Shown one piece after another: positions 1 through 9,945 of a stretch of 64,000 nt of DNA. The position numbers and the translations under genes are program-made. The notes under the pieces were generated by a model. It searched no databases, was not told the DNA's origin, and saw only the letters and a program-made list of their open reading frames with translations. The DNA is from a virus (taxonomy: Duplodnaviria > Heunggongvirae > Uroviricota > Caudoviricetes): IMG/VR virus record IMGVR_UViG_3300044797_000163, positions 18,398 to 82,397 of that record; one strand, given 5' to 3'. Within the stretch, counting starts at the first letter, position 1. The number at the start of each line of letters is the position of its first letter.

Positions 1-443
1 ACACCGCACCTGGTAGCAGTAACTGCAGCGGAACCCCAGGAACACCGATAACTTCGGCGGATTGTCAGAACGGCGCAAACGGTCCTTGCTCATGGAACGA
101 TGTCGGCTTTGTGAGTTATACGACAGAACTGAACACCGGATGCCTTCCTCCAGGCTGCACTGGTAATTACACGATCGGTGCAGAGTGTTCCACTTTCGCG
201 AGTGCCTGCACCAACGGTCAAATTCCTGGCACTCCGGATCTTCATCTATGCGTGGCCGGTCAACTTGGCTGCGCGACTAACTCACCGCTTCTCAATGGCG
301 GTAATGACGGAAATGATCCTGGCGCAAATATTGACTTAGTAATGGGGTGTGACGGTAGATATCCACTCGTATGCACCGCAGGTACACCCAGCGCTTACAC
401 CGGTATCTCAATCACCAACGGAGTGGCTAACCTGCCTCAATAA
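1..443 (+). CDS. Cys/Gly/Thr-rich protein, truncated at its 5' end by the window edge
   Basis: The reading frame is open from base 3 to the stop at 441-443. Composition is Cys/Gly/Thr/Asn-rich. No homolog is recognised. Confidence 0.45.
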   Translation, partial: TAPGSSNCSGTPGTPITSADCQNGANGPCSWNDVGFVSYTTELNTGCLPPGCTGNYTIGAECSTFASACTNGQIPGTPDLHLCVAGQLGCATNSPLLNGGNDGNDPGANIDLVMGCDGRYPLVCTAGTPSAYTGISITNGVANLPQ

Positions 444-874
444 TGAAAAACTTTCTTGCTGTCGCAATTCTATTCCTGGCATCGTTTGTCTCGGCCCAGG
501 TGATCTATCTCGGGCCGCTCAATGGCCCGGCAATTGACCCATCGCAGTGCGTGGTGAGTCCGAACGGCCAGACCGGTATCTGTGGCGCCAGCGACGGTGT
601 TCATATATCGATCGCGGGCGCTCCTTTCGGCCCGCCATTGCCAGTAAGTGGTCCTCAAGGTCCTGCGGGTGCACAAGGCCCGCCTGGGCCTAGCGGATCG
701 ACCGGCGCAGCGGGACCAGCAGGCCCAGCGGGTGCGCAAGGACCAACCGGTCAAGCGGGTGCGCAAGGCCCTCCGGGTGTGGCAGCAGGTTATACCATCA
801 CTGGAACTTGCACAGTGCCCGGTCACTTCAGCCTACAGCCCTGCACAATCACAATCATTTCCGTAACTCCATAA
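443..874 (+). CDS. Collagen-like (G-X-Y repeat) secreted protein
   Basis: N-terminal signal peptide [18 protein letters not shown]|Q. Roughly 20 consecutive GPx triplets ([43 protein letters not shown]). Confidence 0.7.
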   Translation: MKNFLAVAILFLASFVSAQVIYLGPLNGPAIDPSQCVVSPNGQTGICGASDGVHISIAGAPFGPPLPVSGPQGPAGAQGPPGPSGSTGAAGPAGPAGAQGPTGQAGAQGPPGVAAGYTITGTCTVPGHFSLQPCTITIISVTP

Positions 875-883
875 AAAGGATTC

Positions 884-1285
884 ATGCCAGGAATTTTGTC
901 ACCCGTAGGTGGTCCAGTAGCGCGAACGCCGATGGAGCCGATCGCCCGCATGCCTATGCGACCGTACGGCGGCATGCCTGACGGTCCTCGTGCTATGCCG
1001 CTCGCCCGACCGATGATGTACAAGAAGGGCGGCAAGGTTAAGAAGACTGGGTGGGCGATCGTTCACAAGGGCGAGAAGATTAAGCCCGCTGGAGCTGCAG
1101 CGAACGCGATGGGTGGGAAGAAAAAGAAAGCTCCCAAAACGAAGCGAGCGAAAGCCAAGATCAAAAAGACGATGGGGGAGTGGAGGAGCGGAACCCTTCA
1201 CAGCGGATCGAAGACCGGCCCCAAAGTCACCAGTCAGAAGCAGGCCGTCGCGATCGCGATCTCACAGGCGAAAAGAAAAGCATAA
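884..1285 (+). CDS. Basic protein with a Met/Pro-rich N-terminus and Lys-rich C-terminus (possible DNA-binding virion protein)
   Basis: MPxxP repeats followed by KKKKAPKTKRAKAKIKK. Sits upstream of the terminase gene. Confidence 0.4.
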   Translation: MPGILSPVGGPVARTPMEPIARMPMRPYGGMPDGPRAMPLARPMMYKKGGKVKKTGWAIVHKGEKIKPAGAAANAMGGKKKKAPKTKRAKAKIKKTMGEWRSGTLHSGSKTGPKVTSQKQAVAIAISQAKRKA

Positions 1286-1525
1286 ATGGAAGCTTCCGTA
1301 ACCACCACAGGTGGGATGCCGAACCTTACTGCTACATATTACGGTGCAAAGAGGAAAAAGATGGCCGGATCACATCCAGGTTTCAAAGCAGTGCAGGGAA
1401 AAATTGCCGGGAAATATGGTATGCGTGCAGCGGGCGCAATTCTCGCATCCGCCACGCGCAAGGCCAGCAAGAAAGCGAAGAAGAAAAATCCTCGCCTCAA
1501 GCGCGTAAAAATGGCCAAGAAATAA
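1286..1525 (+). CDS. Small, highly basic, protamine-like protein
   Basis: 79 aa, about 30% Lys/Arg. C-terminus reads KASKKAKKKNPRLKRVKMAKK. Confidence 0.4.
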   Translation: MEASVTTTGGMPNLTATYYGAKRKKMAGSHPGFKAVQGKIAGKYGMRAAGAILASATRKASKKAKKKNPRLKRVKMAKK

Positions 1526-1707
1526 TGGAGGCTCGATGGAAAACACGTCGCTCGTCGCGGATCTCCCCGAAGATGTGGAACTCCATTTCACCCTCAATAG
1601 CGATCGCCACTTTGGTGGTGTATTCACCTTCAAAATGATCAAAGGCTCTCCAATGCGGCGTCTTCTGGAGCTGCAGGAAGTGTTCGAGATTGCATACGGC
1701 ATAAAGC

Positions 1708-3666
1708 ATGGCAGCAGTTAGTTGGCAGGAGTTAAAAGACGTATACGTAGAAGCCGCCCGCATACCGGACAATGTTTTCTACGACTTCATCAACCACGCT
1801 AAGTTCCGCGAAGATGCGCGGAATAAGATGGAGCTGGGTTTAGATAAATACCTCGAAGAGATGTTGCAGTACGAAGTCTTTCGGGAGGGCAGACGGAGAG
1901 CCCGCCAAGACCTGTATTTCCTCACCCGCTACTTCTGCTGGGAGACAAATGCTGAATGCTCAGGAAAAACTTTCGCAGAGAACATGATTTGCGAACATGT
2001 TCATCGCCGCCTGTGCGATCTCTTCGTCCGCAAAGATAACAACAAAGGAATCGCGGATCAAGACACATTCAAAGAGCGTCTGATCCTTTATCCCCGAGGC
2101 ACGCAGAAGAGCACGATCGACGTAGTGGATGCCGCGCAGTGGATCATTAACATCCCCGAAATCAGAATCCTGTTCCTCACTGCGGTTGATGATCGTGCCG
2201 TATCTTTCGTAAACGAACTCAAGGGTCACTTCGTAGAGAAACTTTACGAGCCCAGCCTAATGAATATTTTCTTCCCGGAATTCTGCGCACCGGAAAGCGA
2301 GATCGGTAAAGAGAGCGCCTTCCAGTTCACTTCACCGATGTGGAAGAGACAGAATCTACGACGCCGGGAACCAACTGTAATTGCTTCCTCGATCACATCT
2401 GACCTTGCAGGCATGCACTTTGATGTTGTGAAGGGTGATGACATCGTTTCGAACCGAAATTCTGAGAACGAAGACATGTGTAAGCGCATTACTGCGCGAA
2501 TCAACATTTCCGTACGTAAAATGCTCATGTCTTACGGTTATTTCGACATTGTAGGTACCAGATACGCCGATGAAGACTATTACGGCGACTTACTGGCTAA
2601 AAACGTTGGAACTCTGGAAAAACAGAGTGGCCCATGCTGGGACATCACTGAGAACGCGCAAATGAAGTGGAAAACACTCATTGGCCGCGCCATCGTGATC
2701 AAACCCGAGGTAGCTGCGCAGTTAGAGAAGGAAAAACGCCCAATTACTTATAAAGAGGCCGGTGAAGAAGGTTGTTACCTGCTCTTTCCTGAGGTCTTAT
2801 CGTACGCCTATCTCATGAAGGATTTTGCCCTCGATGAGATCAGCTTCGAAGGGCAGCGAAACAACAACGCCCGGCCCGTTAGCCTCACCCCATTCACGCG
2901 CCCGATGCTTCTGAAAGCGACGGTCCACTTCGAAAAGATGCCGTTCCGTGGTCCCACCTCGCAGACTTGGGACTTTGCTTTCAGCCAGAAGAAAGGCCGC
3001 GATTATTCGACCGGCTGCTGTGCGTTGTGGGATGACAAAGGCACGGCCTACATCAACGATTTGATCCGTGATCGCTTCCAGCCGAACGACCTGGCGCAAG
3101 CCGTTGTGGACTTCGCCCGCCGCTGGCACCCGTTCATTATAGGCATCGAGGACGCTGGGGGCTCTAGGGCCTTTGAATCCGCGATTCAGATGGCCGCGCA
3201 GCGAACCGGGGATCAGCAAGTGATCGCGGTATGCAATGCGATCGATTGGGTGACGCCCACCAATAATAAGGATGCAAAACGAACCCGCATGGGATCGTTA
3301 CATCCTTGGATCGTCAATGACCAACTGAAATTCTCCGCTCACCTGCCTCATCTCGAAGCACTCTACAGCGAGTTCGAGCGCTGCATGTCCAGCCATCACC
3401 ACGACGATATCCCGGACGTGATCTCACGACAGACAAAATACGGCCCACGCATGCTGCAGGTGATCGAGAAGAACGATATCTCGACTTGGACGAAATCGAA
3501 CGCTGCATACAACCTGCTGTTCGAAGAGAACTGTGATGCGTTTGGAAGAATCGGAATGGGTTGGGTGCCTACGATCAATCCAGAGCCCGAGGTTGATAAC
3601 AGTCCGAAGATCGAGACGCCCTCAACCGCCTTCGACCCTATCCTCGGTGCCGGGATCTACGGTTAG
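1708..3666 (+). CDS. terL: Terminase large subunit
   Basis: Deviant Walker A-like motif LILYPRGTQKST. C-terminal RNase-H-like nuclease signature WDFAFSQKKGRDYSTGCCALWDDKGTAYINDL...IGIEDAGG. 652 aa, placed ahead of the portal and capsid genes. Confidence 0.7.
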   Translation: MAAVSWQELKDVYVEAARIPDNVFYDFINHAKFREDARNKMELGLDKYLEEMLQYEVFREGRRRARQDLYFLTRYFCWETNAECSGKTFAENMICEHVHRRLCDLFVRKDNNKGIADQDTFKERLILYPRGTQKSTIDVVDAAQWIINIPEIRILFLTAVDDRAVSFVNELKGHFVEKLYEPSLMNIFFPEFCAPESEIGKESAFQFTSPMWKRQNLRRREPTVIASSITSDLAGMHFDVVKGDDIVSNRNSENEDMCKRITARINISVRKMLMSYGYFDIVGTRYADEDYYGDLLAKNVGTLEKQSGPCWDITENAQMKWKTLIGRAIVIKPEVAAQLEKEKRPITYKEAGEEGCYLLFPEVLSYAYLMKDFALDEISFEGQRNNNARPVSLTPFTRPMLLKATVHFEKMPFRGPTSQTWDFAFSQKKGRDYSTGCCALWDDKGTAYINDLIRDRFQPNDLAQAVVDFARRWHPFIIGIEDAGGSRAFESAIQMAAQRTGDQQVIAVCNAIDWVTPTNNKDAKRTRMGSLHPWIVNDQLKFSAHLPHLEALYSEFERCMSSHHHDDIPDVISRQTKYGPRMLQVIEKNDISTWTKSNAAYNLLFEENCDAFGRIGMGWVPTINPEPEVDNSPKIETPSTAFDPILGAGIYG

Positions 3667-3972
3667 AACACCAGGATTTTTCCTCATCTTTCCCCAGAAG
3701 GACTCGAACTGCTCTTTGGTAAGAAGGCGGTTGTGATATTCCTTCGGTGGAATATGCTCCTCCGGTATCACGCACCCTTGTACCTCTCCACCCGGATTGA
3801 TCTTCATTGCGTGGCTTTTAATCATCGCTTCCGTAAACCCATGAGCTTTGATTATTATCCCGCCTAAAAAACCTCTCTCATCTGCGAAGGATAAATACCA
3901 CATCCTTTCAGGCTGATCCTGCTCTTCCTTCACCAGTTTTCTGATCCGCGCTTTCCAGATGCGTTCTCTCAT
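3622..3972 (-). CDS. Hypothetical protein, antisense-oriented inside the late block
   Basis: 116-aa ORF with protein-like composition. No homolog recognised. Confidence 0.3.
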   Translation of the reverse strand: MRERIWKARIRKLVKEEQDQPERMWYLSFADERGFLGGIIIKAHGFTEAMIKSHAMKINPGGEVQGCVIPEEHIPPKEYHNRLLTKEQFESFWGKMRKNPGVLTVDPGTEDRVEGG

Positions 3973-4160
3973 TTCTTTTCTTCATCCTTTTTCTTCTCTT
4001 CCGGTTTGTCACGAGTGACGTGATCGTGATCGCATATAGCCAGATTGCACTTCAGATTTTCCTTCGATTGCTCCCAGTCTTTACCGGTTACCAGCCAAAA
4101 CAAAGAATCGATGAACCCCGTCATAAAAACCCCCAACACATTTTACACCAGGAGTCAACA

Positions 4161-4517
4161 ATGTCTGCAAAAGATACCTTGATTTCACAGAGCCCTACCC
4201 AGGTCGATAACTACGAAGTAAAACCCTCCTCGTTCCCCTCCAGCGGCAGCGCTCAGAGCGCCAGCGGCAAGGACGAACTCTGCCGCCTGTCCGAAAACCA
4301 GTGCAGCCCCCGCCATACTCAGGACGACGGCGATCTCACACCCTCAAACTGGGCGAAGAACGTCTTCACGGTAGGCCGTAGCACCGCCGAGGAAGGGAAG
4401 AACCTTTCCGATCCGAACAGCGTCGATCTCGCTACCGGAAAAATCACTGTCGGTGGCTACAGTGCCACTCGCGTTGGCGAGGTTGGCGATCGCAACGCCC
4501 GAATCCCATCACGGTAG
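4161..4517 (+). CDS. Hypothetical protein
   Basis: ATG at 4161 is preceded by AGGAG. The upstream part of the longer ORF has no ribosome-binding site. Confidence 0.4.
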   Translation: MSAKDTLISQSPTQVDNYEVKPSSFPSSGSAQSASGKDELCRLSENQCSPRHTQDDGDLTPSNWAKNVFTVGRSTAEEGKNLSDPNSVDLATGKITVGGYSATRVGEVGDRNARIPSR

Positions 4518-4593
4518 TTCCCGCACGGGAACATTTACCCATTCACGCGTTTAATCGGGCCGAATGTTCCCGCTCGGTAACACAGGATAACTG

Positions 4594-6687
4594 ATGGCGA
4601 TTCTTGACAAACCGGTTGTAGCTGTACAGGCTCCGCTCGAATTCGATGCAGCGGTGCGTGCGCTACGCACTGGACAATGGGACGATGATTCTGCACTGCA
4701 GATGATCGTGCAGGATTCGATCAGGGCAGAGAACTACGAAGCCACCAAGCAATGGGTAATGAGTTGGCCGGTAGCTACTGCGCTGTATCAAAGTCCTTTC
4801 ACTTCGCGCTACTGGGAAGGCACTCAGGTAGAACGCGCCAACGTTCCCATGTACACCGTGGCTACGTGCGTGAACTCCCTGGTGCCGCAAATCCTCAGCG
4901 GATTGTTCTCGGACAACCCGCCATTTATGGTGCAAGAACGACCGGGTACTGACTCCCAAGCGGCCCGAGCGATCGGTGCCTTGCTCGCTTACCAGCTCGA
5001 TGAGATTAACTTTCGTGAAGAGCTGCGCTTAGGCGTTCACAATGCCATTCTGTTCGGAACCGGCATCTGGAAATGGGGATGGGAAAGCTTCACTCGTCAA
5101 CGCACACGGTATGAAAGACAGAGCGCAGCTAAACCCATCGCCAGTCCGATCGAAGGCCAACCGGCTATCCCCGTTTACAACGATGACGAAATACAGTTTG
5201 TAGAAGATGAGGAGTATGTTGATCGCCCGGTATTCGATCACATCGTTAACCTCAGGCATGTATTAGTCGATCCTGGATTGAATGTACCAGACATTCGTAA
5301 GGCGAAGTACGTGATTCATCGCATGTACGTAACGTGGAACGACCTCGACAAATTGCGGGAGCGTCCGGGTTTCGACATTCCCTCACGCCAAAAGTTACTT
5401 GAGCTTTTCTTCCCCCCTAAGGAAGAAGCAATACCTGCGACCTCAGAGAATACAGCTAAGAATCCTCTGTGGGATGCACGATCAGAAGCTCGCTATGAAG
5501 CTACCACGGTAGATCCTTTCAACGAACCACTTGAAATGCTGGAACGTTGGGATGGTGAAAAATACATGGTTGCTTTGCAGAAAAAGCTGGTCATCTGCAA
5601 CACCAGAAATCCCTACGGCGAAATCCCCTTCGTTTCTATCGGATGGTGGGACGTTGCAGAAGCGTTCTGGTCGATGGGTTTGGCTAAGACGATCGGTGCA
5701 GAGCAAAGGCTCCAATCGGGCATCACCAATATGTGGTTGGATCAGGCGGCAATGAATTTGAACGGTATCTACGTTCGAGTCAAAGGCAGAAGCATACCCA
5801 CGCAAAACATTCGCATGGCGCCCGGTCGCATTGTGGAGGTCGATAACAAAGATGATTTCACCCCTCTCGATCGAATCCCTGCAGTGCCTGAGGCACAGAT
5901 TCACCTCCAGATGTCGCAAGCACGAGCCGAACAAGTTTCCGGTGCCAACGAAATTGGTACCCAAGGACTCGCTGGTTCTAGCGGGCATTCCAACCTCGCT
6001 CGTTCCGCTGCTGGTGCCAACGCTCTTGTCGCGGGTGGAGCAAATAAGAGCGGCGATTTTGTGGAAAAAATAACCAACCAGGTCATGCTGCCGTTCCTTT
6101 ATGCGGCTCATGAGTTGAATCGATCCCTTCTACCGATTCCCACCATGACCTACATCCTTGGTGAAGAGTTACAGCACGAATTCATGAAATCGAAGGGTGA
6201 CAAGACTTTGGAACTGCTTAATGCCAAAGTCAAGTTCTCCGTCCTCGCTGCTTCAAAAATGCAGGCCCGCCGCAACATGGCGCAAGCGCTACCGATCTTG
6301 GTTCAGTTCCTCACCAACCAGCAGACCACAGAACAGCTCGCAGTCGCAGGGTATCGCGTCGATGTAGTGGAGATCATGCGTATGTTCTTCGAAGTCTCGG
6401 ATTGGAAAAACTTCAAAGATGTAGTGGTTCCCATGTCTCCGCAAGACCAACAACGTCATGCGGCCATGAATCCCGCTGCTCAAATGGTTGCCAAACAGCA
6501 AGCCGATCTGCAAGGAAAAATGCAGTTGGGTGATCAGGCGAAAAATAACAAACTAGAGATCGTGGACGCTGAGAACATCGCGAGAGCTGGCCGTGAAGTA
6601 TTGCGACATTCTCTCGAAGCGGCGTCAACTCCAGAAGAGATAGAAGGTGCTCCAGGCGGGGTCGGATTCGGCTCTAACGCTGGCTAA
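4594..6687 (+). CDS. Portal protein, assigned from position and size only
   Basis: 697 aa, immediately downstream of the terminase and upstream of the scaffold/capsid genes. No portal motif was checked. Confidence 0.5.
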   Translation: MAILDKPVVAVQAPLEFDAAVRALRTGQWDDDSALQMIVQDSIRAENYEATKQWVMSWPVATALYQSPFTSRYWEGTQVERANVPMYTVATCVNSLVPQILSGLFSDNPPFMVQERPGTDSQAARAIGALLAYQLDEINFREELRLGVHNAILFGTGIWKWGWESFTRQRTRYERQSAAKPIASPIEGQPAIPVYNDDEIQFVEDEEYVDRPVFDHIVNLRHVLVDPGLNVPDIRKAKYVIHRMYVTWNDLDKLRERPGFDIPSRQKLLELFFPPKEEAIPATSENTAKNPLWDARSEARYEATTVDPFNEPLEMLERWDGEKYMVALQKKLVICNTRNPYGEIPFVSIGWWDVAEAFWSMGLAKTIGAEQRLQSGITNMWLDQAAMNLNGIYVRVKGRSIPTQNIRMAPGRIVEVDNKDDFTPLDRIPAVPEAQIHLQMSQARAEQVSGANEIGTQGLAGSSGHSNLARSAAGANALVAGGANKSGDFVEKITNQVMLPFLYAAHELNRSLLPIPTMTYILGEELQHEFMKSKGDKTLELLNAKVKFSVLAASKMQARRNMAQALPILVQFLTNQQTTEQLAVAGYRVDVVEIMRMFFEVSDWKNFKDVVVPMSPQDQQRHAAMNPAAQMVAKQQADLQGKMQLGDQAKNNKLEIVDAENIARAGREVLRHSLEAASTPEEIEGAPGGVGFGSNAG

Positions 6688-6690
6688 GTT

Positions 6691-7053
6691 ATGGATATCT
6701 CGGAACAGTTAGAAAACATAAACGGAAAAGCTCTTGAGCCTGATGAGCGGGCTGATATCGATCTTTGGAATAAAGGTCGTCAGCTCGCTCACCAGGTCAA
6801 TAGTCCAGGTTGGGATGTAGTGCTCGAAATGCTTCAGAGCTACGTCACCAGTAATGTGAACACTCTGATGAACATCGATCCCAAGCATCATGAAGAAGTG
6901 TTAGCAACGCACGCAGTAATGTTTGCGGCGGGGCGAATTTTCAGACTGTTCCAGGAAGATGTAGCCAGCGCGATCGAAGCCTCACGAAAAACCCCCGAGG
7001 TCTTGAAACAAGGAATACGCCGGGCCAGCCCGGTACCACCCGAAAGCTTGTAA
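6691..7053 (+). CDS. Hypothetical head-assembly protein
   Basis: 120 aa, lying between the portal and scaffold-like genes. Confidence 0.4.
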   Translation: MDISEQLENINGKALEPDERADIDLWNKGRQLAHQVNSPGWDVVLEMLQSYVTSNVNTLMNIDPKHHEEVLATHAVMFAAGRIFRLFQEDVASAIEASRKTPEVLKQGIRRASPVPPESL

Positions 7054-7095
7054 CAAATACCCGTAAAAAGGTCGGATTACCTTTAAGGAGAACGA

Positions 7096-8274
7096 ATGCC
7101 ACCCACCATTGTAGATCCGTTCGCAGACGAACAGTTTGCTCAGCTCGACTTGTCAACCAGCCCGAAACATTTGAAGGACTCGCTGAATACGCTTGTCGAT
7201 GAGAATCCTGAGTTCGCCCCAACGCAAGAGGAGGTGATCGCCGCTGACGGTCCCGCTCCAGAACCGGTAGTTCCCCCGGCAGCTCCCATAGCTCCCGTTG
7301 TTACTCCTGCCCAACCCGAAACGTACGAATATCCTGACGGCTCGACCGTCACTCTGGAAAAAACAAACAGAGGATGGGAAGCCACCCTCAACTCCGGTGG
7401 TAAGGCGCCCGAGATATTTCGTGGCAAAACCAAAGACGAGCTGCTCACCAATGTACTCGCTGCAAAGTTACACGCCACTCAGCACATTCGCGAACTGAAT
7501 AAGAAGATTAAGCTGACTGCGAAACCGGAAACACCTGTCGCGGTTCCGCAAGCTAAGCTTCGCTCACTCACACCGGATGAAGTGTTCGAGATTAAGAATC
7601 AGTTGGTAGACAACCCCGATCTGGCTTTTGATTCATGGTTTCAGAAGAAGACTGGCCTCAAAGTCGAAGAGCTGGTCGGTCTTGTAGAAGAAGGCCGCTT
7701 CGCCAAGGATGAGTTGGACTCCGAAGCCGTGGCGAAATCTTTCATGCAGGGCAATCCGGAATACTATGCCGATCCGGAGTTCAACAACTATCTCACCTTG
7801 GTTGGATTTCTCTCTAAAGAGAAGCTCCACCGAACCATGACGAACGATCAGCCTGGTGTCAACGAAGCCATGCGTGATCTGATTCGCGGCGGTCATTGGA
7901 CCGTACAGAATTTAGAAGAGGCGTTTGAGGAACTATCTGAGGCTGGATTGCTTGAGATGGCTCCGAACGTGGAAGAGGAAGAGGAGGAGATCCCTTCTCC
8001 AGCCGTCCCGCCTGTTGCACCTGTTGCAATTGTGGCGCCAGTTGTACCAGTCCCCGTACCACCTGTACCACCGGCACCTCCTGCTGATCCGCGCATTGCG
8101 AACACCAGAAGGGGCCTGAGAGCGGGTCTAGGTATCCGAGAAAGCCAAGTGTCAACGGCTCTTCCTGATACAGCCAGACCGTCCTCTGATGACGAGTTGG
8201 ACAACCTCACCGATGCGGAAATCCAGGAGCTATTCTCCGGAGTCCGTCGCGTGGCTGCTACTCGGGGTAAATAA
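7096..8274 (+). CDS. Scaffolding-like protein with a Pro/Val/Ala-rich low-complexity segment
   Basis: Acidic N-terminus. Repeats PVVPPAAPIAPVVTP and PAVPPVAPVAIVAPVVPVPVPPVPPAPP. Placed directly before the capsid gene. Confidence 0.45.
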   Translation: MPPTIVDPFADEQFAQLDLSTSPKHLKDSLNTLVDENPEFAPTQEEVIAADGPAPEPVVPPAAPIAPVVTPAQPETYEYPDGSTVTLEKTNRGWEATLNSGGKAPEIFRGKTKDELLTNVLAAKLHATQHIRELNKKIKLTAKPETPVAVPQAKLRSLTPDEVFEIKNQLVDNPDLAFDSWFQKKTGLKVEELVGLVEEGRFAKDELDSEAVAKSFMQGNPEYYADPEFNNYLTLVGFLSKEKLHRTMTNDQPGVNEAMRDLIRGGHWTVQNLEEAFEELSEAGLLEMAPNVEEEEEEIPSPAVPPVAPVAIVAPVVPVPVPPVPPAPPADPRIANTRRGLRAGLGIRESQVSTALPDTARPSSDDELDNLTDAEIQELFSGVRRVAATRGK

Positions 8275-8294
8275 GAAATACCAGAGGTAAGAAG

Positions 8295-9281
8295 ATGGCA
8301 TACTCGCCAGCTTCAATTCTTACTTCAGGTGCGTTGCCTAACCTCGTTGCTATTTACTACGAGCGGCAGGCGATTCCCAACCTGAAAGCACAAACACCAT
8401 TCCTGAGCATGACGAAGCAGAAGCCGCTTCCGATGCACTCGGGCAACCAGATCCAGTTCTTCACCTACGCACTCTTGGCTGGCAACACCAACCAGGCTGC
8501 GGAAGGTACGGTTGGATCTCCCATCTCTGAGTCGTCCACGAAGATTGTGGCAACGATCGGACAGTACGCAGACTTTATCAACTCGTCTGATCTGGCGATG
8601 GATGTAGCGATTGACGACCCGTCGTTGCTCCAGAACCTGAGTACCGAGTTGAACTACCGTCTTGCTCTGACGCTGAATTCGCTCGTCCAGTTGACTTCGG
8701 ACGCCGCGACCGGCGTGGACAGTTCGGTGAACATCCAGTTGGCCAACGGTTCTTACCTGACCGCCAACAATATCCGTACCGCCTGCCAGCAGTTGGCCGG
8801 TGTCAACGCTCGACCGTTGACGAAGGACGGGTACTTCGGTGGAATCATCCACCCCAACGTGGTTCACGATGTCTTCAACGATACCAGCTTCAACGGCATC
8901 ACCGACATCATGAAGCGCAATCCCGAGATGGCGCAGAAGCTCTTTGCTCCTCTCGCGAATGATGACACCTTCGAGTTTGCGGGTGTTCGCTTCAAACAAA
9001 CCACCACCGCTCCTTCGGTGACCATCAGCTCGAATACGTACTACAACACGTATTTGTACGCTGATGACGCCCTCTTCTCCGTGTTCCTCGGAAAGAACCC
9101 CGAGAGCGGGGAGAAGAACTACCGGTTGATGGTGCAGGAAGCTCCCGCGCAAGGCAGCGTGAGTGATCCGGCACGACAGATCGGTGGCTGGGTTAGCTAC
9201 AACGTGCGCTACACCAACACGTTGCGTCCGGGTTCAACCATGACGATCCGGCGTTTCCAGTCAGAAACCAGCTCCAGCTAA
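8295..9281 (+). CDS. Major capsid protein, assigned from position only
   Basis: 328 aa, following the scaffold-like gene, followed by a strongly structured intergenic region. Confidence 0.5.
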   Translation: MAYSPASILTSGALPNLVAIYYERQAIPNLKAQTPFLSMTKQKPLPMHSGNQIQFFTYALLAGNTNQAAEGTVGSPISESSTKIVATIGQYADFINSSDLAMDVAIDDPSLLQNLSTELNYRLALTLNSLVQLTSDAATGVDSSVNIQLANGSYLTANNIRTACQQLAGVNARPLTKDGYFGGIIHPNVVHDVFNDTSFNGITDIMKRNPEMAQKLFAPLANDDTFEFAGVRFKQTTTAPSVTISSNTYYNTYLYADDALFSVFLGKNPESGEKNYRLMVQEAPAQGSVSDPARQIGGWVSYNVRYTNTLRPGSTMTIRRFQSETSSS

Positions 9282-9529
9282 AGCAACACGCTGGTTAAAA
9301 CCAGCCGTTCCCTGGTCCCAGGGTATGCAAAGGGGCAAACGGTTTTGCGGAGATTAGCGATCCTAATCTCCGCATAACCTGCGTCAAATAGCCGTCGCAA
9401 CCCATCGGAAGCGCGGTGATCACGAAAGAGTAAGACTGGTCCTCTTATTCCCGACTGACGAGATACAAGGGATCGGATTGACCATCTTATCCCTTGTTAT
9501 CTTTCCCACACTCTGACACCGAGGCTGCA

Positions 9530-9928
9530 ATGGAAGAATCACTTAGTAGAGAAGCGCACGCGAAGCTAATGTTCGAACAACGTGATGCGCAGATCGGGCA
9601 TCTGCCCGTACAAATTCTGTTAGACCTGGCCCGCAATGAAGCGGCCAGTAAAGAGTGGCGTAAAGCTGCAGTCCAATTTCTCATGGATAAACACGCGACT
9701 CAAGCGAACCACCCCGATCTCGCTACTCTCAGGCTCGAAATCGCTACCGAACACACCGCGAAACAAGACGTTCAAGACATGGTGGAGACTGCCATCGAAG
9801 GGGAGTTATTCCCAGAACCAACGCCCTTCGCTGCTGGAGTAACCACGGCCAACCTTCAGCGCGACGAGGCGGTCAACAACATTGTCCGCAATCCGGACGC
9901 CTTAGGTGATGACGCCCTTAATGACTAA
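9530..9928 (+). CDS. Hypothetical protein
   Basis: ATG at 9530 with GAGG 8 nt upstream. The longer ORF beginning at 9494 starts with TTG inside a hairpin. Confidence 0.4.
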   Translation: MEESLSREAHAKLMFEQRDAQIGHLPVQILLDLARNEAASKEWRKAAVQFLMDKHATQANHPDLATLRLEIATEHTAKQDVQDMVETAIEGELFPEPTPFAAGVTTANLQRDEAVNNIVRNPDALGDDALND

Positions 9929-9945
9929 CGTACAAAGGAGCAAGC

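Noticed and set aside
1536-1721. 61-aa ORF upstream of terL considered as the small terminase subunit
   Set aside because: It is too short, has no recognisable oligomerisation or DNA-binding features, and overlaps the terL start. It is left unannotated.
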